From Malacoraja senta (lineage: Eukaryota): a DNA stretch of 64,000 nucleotides. Position 1 is the first letter of the stretch, and every line of letters begins with the position of its first letter. A program made the position numbers and the translations under genes. This document shows, one piece after another, positions 62,114 to 64,000 of this stretch. The notes under the pieces were generated by a model. It was not told where the DNA came from, ran no database searches, and saw only the letters and a program-made list of their open reading frames with translations. The stretch covers positions 2,916,001-2,980,000 of the forward strand of contig CM075990.1 in the NCBI GenBank assembly GCA_038087875.1, given 5' to 3'.

Positions 62114-62532
62114 CATTTATAGAATTATTACAAACATAAGGTGCAAAAGTACTTTAAAAAAAAAATTGAGGTCAGGTAAGGGGGGATGATAGTTGAAGAG
62201 TTGGTATGCCCAATTTGCGTAATGCTCATAAAAATATTTGTTTCTCTCTTTTTCCTCTTTCTCTCTTTCTTTTTTTCCTAGGGTCTATTTCTTAACTCTT
62301 TTTCTTTTGTTTTTAATTTTGCTCTTATAGAGTCTTCGTCCTTTTTTGTTGTCACATTTCCTACACTTTCACTTTTTCCTTCACTTTCTTCTTTCTTTCA
62401 ATCTTTTCCTTTTCTAGTGTAAAAAGTAAATGGAGTTCATTAATTGTAAGAAGACATAAATGACAAGTACTAATGTATGTGGTTGTAATGTAATGTACTT
62501 CTAATAAAATACAAATTAAAAAAAAAAAAAAA
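62114..62532 (+). mobile_element. 5'-truncated L1-like insertion with poly(A) and 15-bp TSD
   Basis: TSD acaatatttactgaa at 62099-62113 and 62533-62547; FIELLQT* ORF end, T-rich UTR, AATAAA, poly(A). Confidence 0.85.
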
Positions 62533-63469
62533 ACAATATTTACTGAAACAAAAATCTGCAAGTGGAAATATACACAGACATACGATGGCAGTATAGAAAA
62601 ATGCTCACCGAAAACACAGACATCGTAACTTAGAGATATACCTATTCTCACACACTTTTATTTTTTACAGACACAATATGGAAACAGGCCCCTCGACCCA
62701 ATCCAACCATCGATCGCCCATTCACACTAGTTCCATGTTATCCCACTTCCTCATCCACTCCCTACACACTCGAGGCAATTTTCAGAAGCCAATCAACCTA
62801 CAAACCCGCCTGTCTTTGGGATGTGGGAGGAAACCGGAGCACCCGGACGAAACCCAGGCGGTCACGGGGAGAACATGCAAACTCCACACATACAGCACCC
62901 GAGGTCTGGGTTGGACCTGGGTCTCTGCCGCTGTGAGGCAGCGGTTCAACCAGCTGTGTCACTGTGCCGGCAATTGAACTGTCCGTGCACGTAACTGCAG
63001 AAAACATGTTCTCCGCAATGAGCAATGTGATAAGCATTTAATTTAAAAATCAATGTTGCTGATGTGCGGAGTTTGTATGTTCTCCCTTGGGTTTTCTCCG
63101 GGTGCTCCGGCTTCCTCCCACATTCCAAAGACGTACAGGGTTGTAGGTTAATTGGTTTCTGTAAAATTGAAAATTGTCCCTATTGTGTAGGATAGTGCTA
63201 ATGTATGGGGTGATTGCTGGTAGGCGCAGAGTTGGTGGGCTGAAGGGCTGGTTTCTGCACTGTATCTAAAGTCTAAAGTGAGTCAACCTGATTTTTTGAC
63301 CACCATCTCTGCCTACTGAACCTCCCCATCCTTGTTCTAACTCCTCAGACTCACAACTCTACTGCTCTTAGGGGAAGAACACAATTCTACTGCTCTTGAG
63401 GGTAAGATGTCTCAGCCCACTGTCACCGGAAATCATCCAGCCTATTGATACCAGACCCTTGCTTCTACT

Positions 63470-63890
63470 GATAGACACAAAATGCTGGAGTAACTCATCG
63501 GGACAGGTAGCATCTCTGGAGAGAAGGAATGGGTGACGTTTCGGGTTGAGACCCTTCTTCAGACAAATGTCAGGGGAGTAGGAGGTACGGAGATAAAATG
63601 TAGTCAGAGACAGGTCGGAGAACTGGGAAGGAGGAGGGGACAGAGAGAGAGGGAAAGCAAGGGCTACTTGAAGTTAGAGAAGTCAATGTTCATACCACTG
63701 TGGTGTGAGCTGCCCAAGCGAAATATGATTTGCTGCTCCTCCAATTTGCACTGGGCCTCACTCTTGACAGTGGAGGAGGCCCAGGACAGAAAGGTCAGTG
63801 TGGGAATGGGAGGGGAAGTTAAAGTGTTGAGCAACCGGGAGATCAAGTAGGTTTAGGCAGACTGAGCGGAGGTGTTCAGCGAAACGATCG
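63470..63890 (-). mobile_element. Penelope-like element 3' end
   Basis: DRFAEHLRSV...KLEEQQIIFRLGSSHHSGMNIDFSNFK*, UTR, hammerhead core 63535-63562. Confidence 0.9.
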
Positions 63891-64000
63891 GGGATCTTCT
63901 ACAGTATCCCCAAATCGTCAATCCTACTGTCCGTCACCTGAATCATGGTACTCCTAAAGCTCTTGAACTGACGCCATTAACCCTTCAGATTCCAGATCCC

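Overview
Eukaryotic, repeat-dense, non-coding DNA with one 200-N assembly gap (23810-24009). The repeat set points to a cartilaginous fish, most likely a skate or ray (inference, no database search run): tRNA-headed HE1/V-SINEs sharing a tail with HER1-type CR1 LINEs, other CR1 families, Rex1/Babar, L1 and Tx1 fragments, Penelope-like elements (PLEs) with GIY-YIG endonuclease, an old Deu-domain SINE, PIF/Harbinger MITEs and hAT elements. I recognise no host protein-coding gene; all long ORFs are transposon remnants or repeat read-through. Two ribozyme-bearing mobile RNA systems stand out. (1) A 141-bp element on the minus strand (57904-58044) has a perfect 11-bp TSD and a (GAA)n tail, and its first 54 nt fold as a minimal HDV/CPEB3-like ribozyme with the predicted cleavage site exactly at the element 5' end. 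(2) Dozens of PLE pseudo-LTR units carry a minimal type-I hammerhead core and insert alone, in tandem or as inverted palindromes, with 10-16 bp TSDs. Also present are a GC-rich non-coding retroposon family with a covarying hairpin and interchangeable LINE tails, DNA transposons carrying retroelement fragments, and several repeat-free islands that look like conserved regulatory elements. Coordinates of degraded repeats are approximate; TSD-bounded ones were counted by hand.
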